64,000 bases of DNA, from the IMG/VR virus record IMGVR_UViG_2841096034_000001. One strand, written 5' to 3'. Made by a program: the position numbers and the translations under genes. Positions 19,162 to 28,725 of this stretch are shown here, piece after piece (the first letter of the stretch is position 1; the number at the start of each line of letters is the position of its first letter). Origin of the DNA: a virus. Its lineage: Duplodnaviria > Caudoviricetes. The notes beneath the pieces were generated by a model. It was not told where the DNA came from. It saw only the letters and a program-made list of their open reading frames with translations, and did not search any database.

Positions 19162-19584
19162 ATGAATTTTTCAAACAGGCTGAAAAGATGCCGACAAATA
19201 AAAAAAGAGGAAAATCCAAATTGGACCCAAGATTATATTGCGAGGCAAATTGGTGTAGCTCGAACAACTTACACAGCATACGAGAGAGGTACCAAAATTC
19301 CTACTTTAGATACTGTGAACAAGATCGCTGACCTTTTTGATGTATCCACCGATTACCTTTTAGGCCGATCAGATATTTCAGATTATCAAGTGGATAAAAG
19401 CAATGAATTTGATTCAATAAAAGAAGTGAATAAATTGATGGACCAATATGGAATTGAAGATGCAGCTTTTTTTGATTTGGAAAAGTGGAAATCAATGAGT
19501 CCAGAGCAGATAAGGGAATTGGAAAGTTACTTTCAATATTTAGTGAAAAAGTCTAAAGAGCTTGAGGAAAAAGAAAATAAATAA
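19162..19584 (+). CDS. immR: ImmR-like XRE repressor
   Basis: WTQDYIARQIGVARTTYTAYERG...ADLFDVSTDYLLGR; divergent arrangement. Confidence 0.8.
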   Translation: MNFSNRLKRCRQIKKEENPNWTQDYIARQIGVARTTYTAYERGTKIPTLDTVNKIADLFDVSTDYLLGRSDISDYQVDKSNEFDSIKEVNKLMDQYGIEDAAFFDLEKWKSMSPEQIRELESYFQYLVKKSKELEEKENK

Positions 19585-19619
19585 AAGCAGGGAACTCCAC
19601 TAAAGAAGTCCCTGCTTTT
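19583..19619. terminator. bidirectional terminator after immR
   Basis: AAAAGCAGGGA...TCCCTGCTTTT hairpin. Confidence 0.7.
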
Positions 19620-19823
19620 GTGTTTAATCAATATAGAGTTTGAAATTCCCCATTATACATCAAGAAAAGCCCCTTTAAAGGAAGACTTGATTTCTAGATA
19701 TCTTGTATCAAATAATAAATTAATGCACCCGTTACTTTATGTACATTTTTTATAAAATCAGTACAAAAAGATGTCGTTTGAATGCACAGTATCGTTGTAC
19801 TGTGTAACAAGAAATCGAGAATT

Positions 19824-22424
19824 TTATTTATAACCCCTAGCAATAATTTCAGGATCACCCTTCTCTAATGCAACTTGTAGGCTATGCTTATAAACATGCT
19901 TTTTTTCTCTTATTTTTGAATCACGATTTAAGGATTTCCGATAGACAAACTTTTGTTTTAGCACATTTTTTCGTTGATTATAATAAAGAATAAATCTGGC
20001 TAATGGTGCTTGATCATTGGAATTTCGCCATATAATTTTGAAGCTCTTCATTCCTTCCCACTCTTCTACACTTAGCATTTTACATAATAAATTTAATTGC
20101 AATAAGTTAAATTCAGCATTTATGTTAACTTCTCTTGAAAGAATTAATTTAGTTTCATCGATAAATGGTTCCTGAACAACAGTAAAAGTAGTTATTGTCC
20201 TCAATTGGTGTATAAATTGCTCAAACGTACATATTGGAAATCTAGCTTCTAGAAAGTTTTCAAAATCTGTTTGTTTGACGTGCAAATTCAGTTTATTTAA
20301 GTGATTTTGGATTTGCTCCCAAAAGTCTCTATAGGTTTCTCTGATGGGATACACATGTTGATGTATCTTTTTTAGATGTAGAGCTAATTCTTTCTTTTGC
20401 ATCCGAACTTGATCATAGTTATCCTCGCTTGCTAATAGGTATTCCTTTGCAACGATACTGGATAATAACTTCGTTACTATATCTCGTACTTCCATACTTT
20501 CTCCATCTAAAATATTCATCTCACAATAACTTTCCATTGTTTTCGCAATGTCTAAGTTCTCTTGAATTAAATCCCCTGTACTGATAAAGCCAGTATCAAC
20601 ATCATATAGCTTCCATAAGAATCCATTATAAATTGCTATATTTTTTATTAGTATCTCGTTATTAACTTTTTCTAAATAGTCCCGCGAGTGTATACCTCTA
20701 TGGAACTTCTTAATAAACCGCTTCATTCTTTTCTCTAATAGCTTTACATCCATTTCTTTTATAGTAATTTCATTATTACCGGAGGGTGGGGTTTCCTGCT
20801 TCACATCCATCGGTTCCTCACTAGTGTTTTGAAAATGTCGATTCAGTGCACGGATTAAATTAGTAAAGACATCTACCCCACCAATAACCCCATAAGATTT
20901 TACTGGTTCCTCTGTCGATACATAATAATCGTCTAAATTATCACTAATGTGTTCCTTATCCCCACGTAATTCTGCTTGTTGGTGTATGTTTGTAGAGCCC
21001 CTTTGTTGATTCGCTTGTTCAATATCGTCTTCTGTTAGTATTAACCGATTATTCAAATCATCTAGCAAACCCACAAGTGTTTGATACTCTTCCAAATTTG
21101 AATCTTTTTCTAAATAATGGTATGGCGAATCCTTCATATTAGCAAAGGTCTTCAACAACATCTGGGTATCATGATACCAACCAACACATTCTAGGACTTG
21201 ATTCGGTGTTGTAATCAAAATATCAAAAGTTTCTTTTAATTTGTCTAAATTACGGTCGAACACATAAGTGTAGTAGGATTCAACCTGATCAATCTTCTTT
21301 CCTTGTGCGGCACAAACATGAACCTGATCGATTGATATGGTCGATTTTAGCTTTATGGTCAGCTTGTTTTGATCCAATACGCCCTCAATAAATTGAATCG
21401 TTTGTTTTTGCTGTTCCTGATTTGCCTCTTCCGGCATAAGTTCAAACAAGTCAGTTAAAGGAACAAAATTAAATTCTTCGTCAAAAAAAGAATCGAACTT
21501 ACCCTTTGGTCCTTTCTCCGCAATAACCGCTTCCGTATTACCGTCCGCACTTGTTTGTAACAAAGCCTGGCGACTACAGTTGGCACTTCCATATACAATG
21601 ACCTCTTCCTGCTCACCAATAAATCGAAAAACTTTTCCATGATACCTTTTATGATTATCCTCTGTGAAATTCACTTCATACAAATCAAACCTCGAATCAT
21701 CCTTTTTAGTTAATGGGAAATTCGTAGTTTTGTTTTGTAAATAGATCGAAACCTTTTCAGGGTTATATTTTTGATGCCAATGATTAATAACTGCAAGGGA
21801 TTGATCAAAGTATGGTGTCATGCAATCAATTCGTTTAATTACTTCTGGTAAGATCTCACTTAATTGATCTTGTATTGACCTCTCAAGATTCATGAACATC
21901 GATAGTGCATTATTTTCCCGATTAAAGTTATTTAAATAGTAAAAAGTCTGTAGTTGAGCCATCAATTCTTCCATCAATTTATTATTACTTGGCTTCGTTT
22001 GCCAAAACATACTTAAAGCAGCATTAATGATGTGAAGATGATCTTTATTTCTTCCAACCTCATAGGTGAATACGTTGAATAATTCTTTGTTCGTTATAAA
22101 TCCAGAAGGGGTTAAATTGCCACTACCAATAATCAGCTTTGCCTTTTTTTCACCTAATAACAAATACACTTTTGGATGAAAAGCATGATTAGTTTCCATT
22201 GGTGTTACCAGATAACTTTTTCCGAGTTCGGTGATATTTGGATGTTTAACCGAGTCTTGTAAACTATTATGATCAATAAAGAGCCCAATATATGTACAAC
22301 CATTATCTAACAAATGACGCAGAATCATCTTTTCAAAAAAAACTAAATCTGTGGAAAAGGATGAAAATAGTGCGACCTTATATCCGTTATGTTTCAACTC
22401 TTCTAGTATGTTAATCTTATCCAC
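19824..22424 (-). CDS. 866-aa protein with two phospholipase D-like (HxK...GSxN) nuclease domains; candidate defence effector
   Basis: FHPKVYLL...IIGSGNLT and YHGKVFRF...VYGSANCS; overlaps the upstream gene. Confidence 0.75.
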   Translation of the reverse strand: MDKINILEELKHNGYKVALFSSFSTDLVFFEKMILRHLLDNGCTYIGLFIDHNSLQDSVKHPNITELGKSYLVTPMETNHAFHPKVYLLLGEKKAKLIIGSGNLTPSGFITNKELFNVFTYEVGRNKDHLHIINAALSMFWQTKPSNNKLMEELMAQLQTFYYLNNFNRENNALSMFMNLERSIQDQLSEILPEVIKRIDCMTPYFDQSLAVINHWHQKYNPEKVSIYLQNKTTNFPLTKKDDSRFDLYEVNFTEDNHKRYHGKVFRFIGEQEEVIVYGSANCSRQALLQTSADGNTEAVIAEKGPKGKFDSFFDEEFNFVPLTDLFELMPEEANQEQQKQTIQFIEGVLDQNKLTIKLKSTISIDQVHVCAAQGKKIDQVESYYTYVFDRNLDKLKETFDILITTPNQVLECVGWYHDTQMLLKTFANMKDSPYHYLEKDSNLEEYQTLVGLLDDLNNRLILTEDDIEQANQQRGSTNIHQQAELRGDKEHISDNLDDYYVSTEEPVKSYGVIGGVDVFTNLIRALNRHFQNTSEEPMDVKQETPPSGNNEITIKEMDVKLLEKRMKRFIKKFHRGIHSRDYLEKVNNEILIKNIAIYNGFLWKLYDVDTGFISTGDLIQENLDIAKTMESYCEMNILDGESMEVRDIVTKLLSSIVAKEYLLASEDNYDQVRMQKKELALHLKKIHQHVYPIRETYRDFWEQIQNHLNKLNLHVKQTDFENFLEARFPICTFEQFIHQLRTITTFTVVQEPFIDETKLILSREVNINAEFNLLQLNLLCKMLSVEEWEGMKSFKIIWRNSNDQAPLARFILYYNQRKNVLKQKFVYRKSLNRDSKIREKKHVYKHSLQVALEKGDPEIIARGYK

Positions 22425-23961
22425 TTAGTTTCACCTCACCTAAAGGTGTTACATGATAGACGCGCTTTTTTTGCGTAATTAAGCCAAGGTCTTCTAAAAT
22501 ACTCAATCCTTGATATACACGAAACGTATTATATACAGGGGTATCTTCGGCAATTAGGTATAGCTTGCCATTGTTCTCAGTAAAGTGATACGTCTCATTA
22601 TTAGTCGTAATCATTTTATTTAAAGCAACTTTTTGATGTTGATCAAGAATATAATAATTTAAAATATAACTAATAAACTTGCTTACTGGTTTAGTCTTGT
22701 GTCCTTCTATCAACGATGTCCAACTTTGAAAAGAAATACTATCTCTTCCACCAAGGCGAAGCAATTCATAATGAAAATCCTGAAAGTCGGCTCGATTTTG
22801 TAACCGCAGATTTACATCTAACATGATTAGTAAGGGCTGCCACAGATGATTTTTCACACTTTTTTCTTGTTCTTCCATATGTTTGAGAAATGTTTCACGC
22901 CTATCATATGGAAATGAAAGATCATTTTCCAGATCTTTAACCGTCTGTTGTAAATCATAGCCCTGCTCACTTAATTCCACTAACACCGCAGAAATTAGTT
23001 CCGCTTTTGTGAATACTCTTTTGGACATTTTATCTAAAAGATACGTCCATATATTTAGGAGACTATAAGTGAAAAATTGTCTCGCCTGATAAATTTCCCA
23101 ACCAATAGCAACTTCGTTCACTCCAGCTTGTAAGTTTATTTTATTATGATAAAAGCTATCATACATGTGATGTTGCCAATCTTGAATCGATACTTTCTGC
23201 CCGTTAAAGTGGTTAATTAAAATCATGTAATAAAGAAGTGAATCTCTCCGCCATTCCCCTTTTGGGCTTTTGGGTTGTTCTGGCATAAACATGTTTGTGA
23301 GTAGTTTTCTATCCTTTGAGGAAGCATCTAATGATGCTAAAGCAGCAACTTTACCATATTCAACTAAGACTTCTCTTGGGACATTTATATCTTGCTTTCT
23401 ATATGTTTTATAATACGTAGTATCTTTTACGTTAAGCTCAAACGCATCGGCTAACTCTTTTCCAAAAGGTGTTAACCTATCAATGTTAACACCTTTTTTT
23501 GCATCACCAGCTTTGGTGACCCCCATTATCTTCATTACGTTTCGATACGTCCCATATCCTCCAAATGGATCCTTTACATACTTTGTATCAACAGAAAATC
23601 CCTGTTGATCCGAATTCCATACTTTATATCCATGGGTACTTCCAATCACACTATTAATAGTTCCTTCTCGTTCTTCAGCTTCTGCAATGTTTGCTAGAAT
23701 ATAATACCATTCTTGTTTTTTTAAATAAGTTTTAAAATTTTGTACTGACTTTTTATCCGGCACATTTTCAATAAAATCTTTCAGTACCCATGCGAAGAAC
23801 GACCAATATCTCGCCCTAGGGGTGATGCTAGTAATTCCAGATTGCAATGTATCCGCAATTGAAATCCCAACATAAAGAATCCCCAAATGGTCTTCCCCAT
23901 TAATCGTCCTGAAATTATTTGTTGTCCACCTTGGGCCTTGTGTCATTTGTACAGTGGTCAC
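22417..23961 (-). CDS. 514-aa partner of PLD protein (DUF6361-like N-terminal motif, C-terminal wHTH-like end)
   Basis: DHLGI...LQSGITSITPRARYWSFFAW; LTPFGKELA; ILEDLGLI...VTPLG. Confidence 0.6.
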   Translation of the reverse strand: MTTVQMTQGPRWTTNNFRTINGEDHLGILYVGISIADTLQSGITSITPRARYWSFFAWVLKDFIENVPDKKSVQNFKTYLKKQEWYYILANIAEAEEREGTINSVIGSTHGYKVWNSDQQGFSVDTKYVKDPFGGYGTYRNVMKIMGVTKAGDAKKGVNIDRLTPFGKELADAFELNVKDTTYYKTYRKQDINVPREVLVEYGKVAALASLDASSKDRKLLTNMFMPEQPKSPKGEWRRDSLLYYMILINHFNGQKVSIQDWQHHMYDSFYHNKINLQAGVNEVAIGWEIYQARQFFTYSLLNIWTYLLDKMSKRVFTKAELISAVLVELSEQGYDLQQTVKDLENDLSFPYDRRETFLKHMEEQEKSVKNHLWQPLLIMLDVNLRLQNRADFQDFHYELLRLGGRDSISFQSWTSLIEGHKTKPVSKFISYILNYYILDQHQKVALNKMITTNNETYHFTENNGKLYLIAEDTPVYNTFRVYQGLSILEDLGLITQKKRVYHVTPLGEVKLSG

Positions 23962-24181
23962 CTCTCTATATTGTAGGAAAGTAAATCTATTATAATTTTA
24001 GCACAATCTTAGGAACAGAGATGTTGTCACAGAGTACTAGAGATACTGTACATCAATTGATCCTAATCGTCCTCTTTAACGGAACAAACAACGCAATCCA
24101 ATCTTCCTGAATTGCGTCCTTTTCTAACACTTCTTATTGCACTTAGATAATTTAATGGAATTACCCAGTATTCAAATTTCA

Positions 24182-25492
24182 TTATAGAGGACGAACACTT
24201 CCTGATTTAAGACCAGAATTCACATTTCCATATACCTTTCTTATTTCTCTTTCGTTTTCTAATGCTGTATTCCATTTGGACAATAAGGTTTGAGCTATAT
24301 AATTAAAATATTGCTCCACATGTGTCTCCATGTGATCTTTATAATCGTTAAAAGAATTATAGGTATTTATATATCTAAAATATGTTTCAAATAAAACTGC
24401 ATCATCAAAATATGTATCAACTATAAAACAATAGGTTGAATCCTTAGGAAAAAAATACTCAGTCATCTTTTTCAATAAATTAAATTGCTTTTTATCTAAT
24501 TGAAACCATTCATTAGACAGTAACTTTCTTTTTCCTGGATTATTTTTATCATACCTGTGTTCATTTGCTAATTTGGAAATATATTTTCCTGAAAGTACGA
24601 CTAAAACATCTGAAATTCGAAGACCGACATGAGTAACAGAATCTTCATTTTCTTTTATTGAGGGAATATCCAATTTTTTGAAGGGGTCTATGGGTATCCC
24701 TTCATCAAGAATCAGTTCTGCCGACTGGCTATCAAATTTATTATAAAAGTTCATTTCTGTAATCCACAAGTCAATGTCAAATGTCACCTTGTTCCAATCA
24801 AATGAGACTTCATTAAAAGGGGTATCTTGAATAAAATGCTTTGTTTTTCTAATCGTTTGTACTAACCTTTCATAATCCTGTATTTGGTACTTCATTCTTT
24901 GAATGTTCTTATTCTTTGTCACAAAAGCTGCCAGGTCTTTCTGAATTTCCGTAAGAACTTCTCTATTTCCCTTATACTTATCAAAGATAGATTGAATTAC
25001 ACTATCACTGGCTTCAAGTTCCAAATATTTCACAAGAGAGTATTTAAAAAGTCGTGCCGATTCTATATATCTTTTTTCTTCTAATTTTAGGATCCACTGT
25101 GTCAATCTGTTGTCTGCAACTAGAGACATTTTATTTATAGTAAATAATAAATTGTCAACGTGGTTCTCAAGAAGTATATCAAACAAGGAATTATAAAAAT
25201 CTAGCTCACGATTTTTAAGACTCGCGATACCATACTTGAAATTCTTGGCCAAAATATCTTTTCCTTTTAATTCTTTATAGTCAGGTAAATTCCTTGAGGA
25301 AATATATTTCTTTTCTAACAATTTATAATTCTCTTCAATTTTATGGAGACTTTCCCTATTTATCTTAATTAAGTCAGCAACATAAACATACATGTTGTCA
25401 CTTCCTAACCGAATTTTTTTCTCTTCATCATAGGGAGTCGTCATCCTAATTGTATCTTGGGGTCCTTTTTCATCAATATATAAGTAATGCAT
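24182..25492 (-). CDS. DUF3800-like (RNase H-like fold) protein, extended to 436 aa; candidate defence gene
   Basis: N-terminal YLYIDEKG, ELKG, and DS..HVGLRISDVL motifs. Confidence 0.65.
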   Translation of the reverse strand: MHYLYIDEKGPQDTIRMTTPYDEEKKIRLGSDNMYVYVADLIKINRESLHKIEENYKLLEKKYISSRNLPDYKELKGKDILAKNFKYGIASLKNRELDFYNSLFDILLENHVDNLLFTINKMSLVADNRLTQWILKLEEKRYIESARLFKYSLVKYLELEASDSVIQSIFDKYKGNREVLTEIQKDLAAFVTKNKNIQRMKYQIQDYERLVQTIRKTKHFIQDTPFNEVSFDWNKVTFDIDLWITEMNFYNKFDSQSAELILDEGIPIDPFKKLDIPSIKENEDSVTHVGLRISDVLVVLSGKYISKLANEHRYDKNNPGKRKLLSNEWFQLDKKQFNLLKKMTEYFFPKDSTYCFIVDTYFDDAVLFETYFRYINTYNSFNDYKDHMETHVEQYFNYIAQTLLSKWNTALENEREIRKVYGNVNSGLKSGSVRPL

Positions 25493-25629
25493 TTTTTCAT
25501 CCTTTCATATCAGATTAAAATACTTTTTCCCTATTTAAAACCTAATCCATTTTTAGACACCTATCATTCACGTCTTAAAAAATATAAATTTCATTAAAAG
25601 ATAAACATAATCGAAGTTATATGAATTTT

Positions 25630-25783
25630 TAATGTAGTACCTATTTAAACGGCTAGCTCCATTGCCATTTTTAAGCGCTCCCAAGATTTTGTCTTACTCT
25701 TTCATGTGTTTATACATTACATCATCGCAGCTACGCATATTTTGGTTAGGTCCAGGATAACCTCCAACTCTTATATGAAGTTC
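25630..25783 (-). pseudogene. remnant of small GGYPG-motif protein
   Basis: Translates ELHIRVGGYPGPNQNMRSCDDVMYKHMKE*DKILGALKNGNGASRLNRYY with an internal stop; no start found. Confidence 0.55.
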
Positions 25784-25867
25784 TTTTTAAGAAATTTCTA
25801 AAATTTCTCAAGGAAATAAAACAATCTACAATAAAATAGTTGAATTTCTTTTTGAAACTTAAACTCT

Positions 25868-27550
25868 CTAATGATTAATATCTTTAACTTTCTCTTTTGA
25901 CCCCAACGCCTCTAAAGTATTATCAAAAGCATCCATGATTCTTTTATCAATAAATTTTGGCCTCTTCATTGGGAAATTCCTTTGATATAAAAAATCTTTA
26001 AATGAAGTTAGAGGATTGTCAAAAAATTCATTAACAATGTTAAATATAGATCTTTTCTTAGAGATTAGGTAGCAAAGCGCTTCAAATTCTTCTATATCTA
26101 AATTCACAAAACCTTTAATTAAATCAGATTCCCTGACATCTTTAAGTTTATCTTTTACAAAATTTTCAAATGATCCTAGGCTGCGACATTTGTTTGTTGT
26201 TACTGAGAATATGTAAACTTCTTCAATGCTCTCTAGTTTATTTGACACAGTTGTTTCTATAATTTCTGTAATGGATTTAAATGCTTGTTGAACTGGCTCA
26301 ATATTCATTTTGTTAAAATCTTTTTTTATAGTTACTTCATCACCTTGTAAAAAAGATGCTGCCCGTACTCTTCTGTTCTTTACTTCAAAAACAGCTAGTT
26401 TATTTCCAAGTTTAATCATGACATCGGGAGATTTTTTTGAATTGTTCTCTCCATAATTAAACTCCTCAATAAATTCATAGTGTCCTAACTTAGATTGATT
26501 TACACTCTCTTCACCTAAAAGGGCAGCATATTCTTCAAAAGGTCTTCCTAGAAATCCAAGTATTTTATCATCATTATACATTTGTCTCACTTTAAAGAAG
26601 AAGGATTCATAAACTTTATCCTCTAAAAATGGTGTACACACTGGAAAGTAACATTCATTACTATACTTAAATAACGGTTTTATCTGAAACAACGAAAAAT
26701 CCCATGGGTTATGAATAGTCTTCATCGCCCATTTTTTTGCATCCGAATAACTAAAGGAAAGTTCGTTAACTACTTTCACTCCAGTCGTATCTAAATGGGT
26801 ATTATGATAATAATTTATAGGATTTATAAGCACTGGTTCATTTGTCGATTTTTTATCTGAACTTAAAAACTTGCTTATTAGAGATGTTATGATTGAAAAA
26901 TATTCCTTCATAGAATAAGGGTTTAATTTTTCAAAATCTGATTGAATGTCTATGAATTCTTTCTTATTATACCTGCTCTCATCAGCAGCTAAATCTAGAT
27001 ATATATATGAAGATCTACCTAATGAAGCGAATACTTCAGGTCTGTTATTAAAATAAATATTTCTAATTAGTTCAATTTCTAAAGATTTGGACTCATCTCT
27101 ATATAAGGTGTCTCCAATTTTAGCGAATAAGGAAATGACGCTACCTATTAAATCGTTTTCTGATAAATTAGAGGATTTCTTTAACATTTCTTCAGTACCA
27201 TATGCAAAAATGTATTTCCACAAAGTTAAAATACATTGATAATTTAATATAGTTCTACTAGCTATAACTGATGCTGCTCTTTGTGTTAAAAGTCCTTTCT
27301 TCTTTAAATAAAATAAATAACTTCTTTTTATGTCTGGATCCATCTTATCAAGATACTGTAACCTAGATAAAAGTAAAATAGTGTCTTGCAAAGGCTTATT
27401 CTCGATAGCATTCTTTATACTTTCTTCCTTACCTTTGATTCCAAACAGTTCACTATAAGTTAGGTAAACTGAAATGTTACTTTTATTTAATTTTCTCATT
27501 AGTTCACATCCTTTTTTTATTTCTGTAATTTCAATGTTTATTTGGCACAC
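25868..27550 (-). CDS. 560-aa protein with C-terminal PD-(D/E)xK (NERD-like) nuclease motif; candidate defence gene
   Basis: GRPFEEY...KSPDVMIKLGNKLAVFEVKN; very AT-rich. Confidence 0.6.
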   Translation of the reverse strand: MCQINIEITEIKKGCELMRKLNKSNISVYLTYSELFGIKGKEESIKNAIENKPLQDTILLLSRLQYLDKMDPDIKRSYLFYLKKKGLLTQRAASVIASRTILNYQCILTLWKYIFAYGTEEMLKKSSNLSENDLIGSVISLFAKIGDTLYRDESKSLEIELIRNIYFNNRPEVFASLGRSSYIYLDLAADESRYNKKEFIDIQSDFEKLNPYSMKEYFSIITSLISKFLSSDKKSTNEPVLINPINYYHNTHLDTTGVKVVNELSFSYSDAKKWAMKTIHNPWDFSLFQIKPLFKYSNECYFPVCTPFLEDKVYESFFFKVRQMYNDDKILGFLGRPFEEYAALLGEESVNQSKLGHYEFIEEFNYGENNSKKSPDVMIKLGNKLAVFEVKNRRVRAASFLQGDEVTIKKDFNKMNIEPVQQAFKSITEIIETTVSNKLESIEEVYIFSVTTNKCRSLGSFENFVKDKLKDVRESDLIKGFVNLDIEEFEALCYLISKKRSIFNIVNEFFDNPLTSFKDFLYQRNFPMKRPKFIDKRIMDAFDNTLEALGSKEKVKDINH

Positions 27551-27868
27551 TCATACCTATAGAGTATTGAAATCTAATAGGTGCTGATAACAAAATCACT
27601 ATTCATTTCAGTAATGTTATTTATAGTTCCGTAAATTTCTTCCCCTTTTAAAATTTTTTAAATTTAATTCCTCAATCAAAATAAATCTCTTCTTACAATT
27701 TTGTAATGTTTAATTAGGTATATTTTAACATTATCTTGAAATCAAGTCTTTAAGATAACTACCCTATTCTTGAAGATAGTTTCGAGATATTTTCCCTATT
27801 ATAAAATACCAATTATTTCAAATTAATCTCTTATTAACCTCTTTCCCAAAATAGCTGGATTTTCATCT

Positions 27869-28000
27869 TTAACGTCCGACCAAGTAACACTTTAACTGGT
27901 CGATAACCACCTCTTCTGTATCATCATCTCCAAAGTATTTCACCAACTTATTGAATTGTAAGCAATATGTTTTCACATTTAGTAACGAACTGCTTCTGAT
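27869..28000 (-). pseudogene. fragment resembling a tyrosine recombinase N-terminal SAM-like domain
   Basis: Translates VKTYCLQFNKLVKYFGDDDTEEVVIDQLKCYL then stops. Confidence 0.35.
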
Positions 28001-28017
28001 AGGAGCACCTTCTATCA

Positions 28018-28068
28018 CTCTCCAAAACTATGAACCTTTATTTCATTAAGGTTCATAGTTTTGGAGAG
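28018..28068. repeat. perfect 21-bp inverted repeat, 9-nt loop
   Basis: CTCTCCAAAACTATGAACCTT / AAGGTTCATAGTTTTGGAGAG. Confidence 0.85.
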
Positions 28069-28159
28069 GAATTCCTATACTTTAGGCATTTATATAAAAA
28101 GAAATCTTAATTCCCTTTATCTTTCACCTACATTTATATCCAATTATTGTAATTATATG

Positions 28160-28188
28160 TTGAATAATAGAACGCACGTTCGTATAAT
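28160..28188 (+). promoter_or_regulatory. sigma-A promoter of immA-int with LexA (Cheo/SOS) box in the spacer
   Basis: TTGAAT(28160)-17bp-TATAAT(28183); AGAACGCACGTTCG at 28169-28182 matches GAAC-N4-GTTC. Confidence 0.8.
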
Positions 28189-28210
28189 GCTTGTAAGGAT
28201 GGTGATTAGT

Positions 28211-28723
28211 TTGAGATTTCCTTACTATACAACAACAATTCTAGAAGATTTAATAACTCAGTGGTATAAAATTCACAAATTTACAGAGCCCAATGATTTA
28301 AATGTTTACAGCATTGGAACAGAGTCACAAATCTTTGTCACTTGTAGACCTACTCAAGCTAGTTACATGAAAGTAGGAAAGTTTCAAGAAATTGTCTTGG
28401 ATAGTCGCCTACCATATATACAACAACGAGAGCAATTCTTCCATGAGCTTTGCCACGCAATAAGGCATGCAGGTCGCCAATCTATCATGCCATATTCTTT
28501 TTACGAACTTCAGGAAAGAGACGCCAGGCACTTTACTCTCTATGCCTCGCTTCCCATCCATATGATTAATGAATATAACATTGCTAGCCCAGCAATTGTT
28601 GACCAGTTATCGCAAGATTTTATGATTCCAAAGAACATTTGTATTGAACGCTTAGAAAAGATTAAGAATCGAATTGTACCATCCGTTAGACCTCAATTCT
28701 TTAATATAAAAAAGGAGGGATAA
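28211..28723 (+). CDS. immA: ImmA/IrrE family metallopeptidase anti-repressor
   Basis: QREQFFHELCHAIRH and QERDARHF motifs; likely TTG start at 28211; directly upstream of int. Confidence 0.85.
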   Translation: MRFPYYTTTILEDLITQWYKIHKFTEPNDLNVYSIGTESQIFVTCRPTQASYMKVGKFQEIVLDSRLPYIQQREQFFHELCHAIRHAGRQSIMPYSFYELQERDARHFTLYASLPIHMINEYNIASPAIVDQLSQDFMIPKNICIERLEKIKNRIVPSVRPQFFNIKKEG

Positions 28724-28725
28724 AT

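Noticed and set aside
28061-28210. N-terminal extension of immA in the ORF track
   Set aside because: Contains the promoter and LexA box; the real start is about 28200-28211
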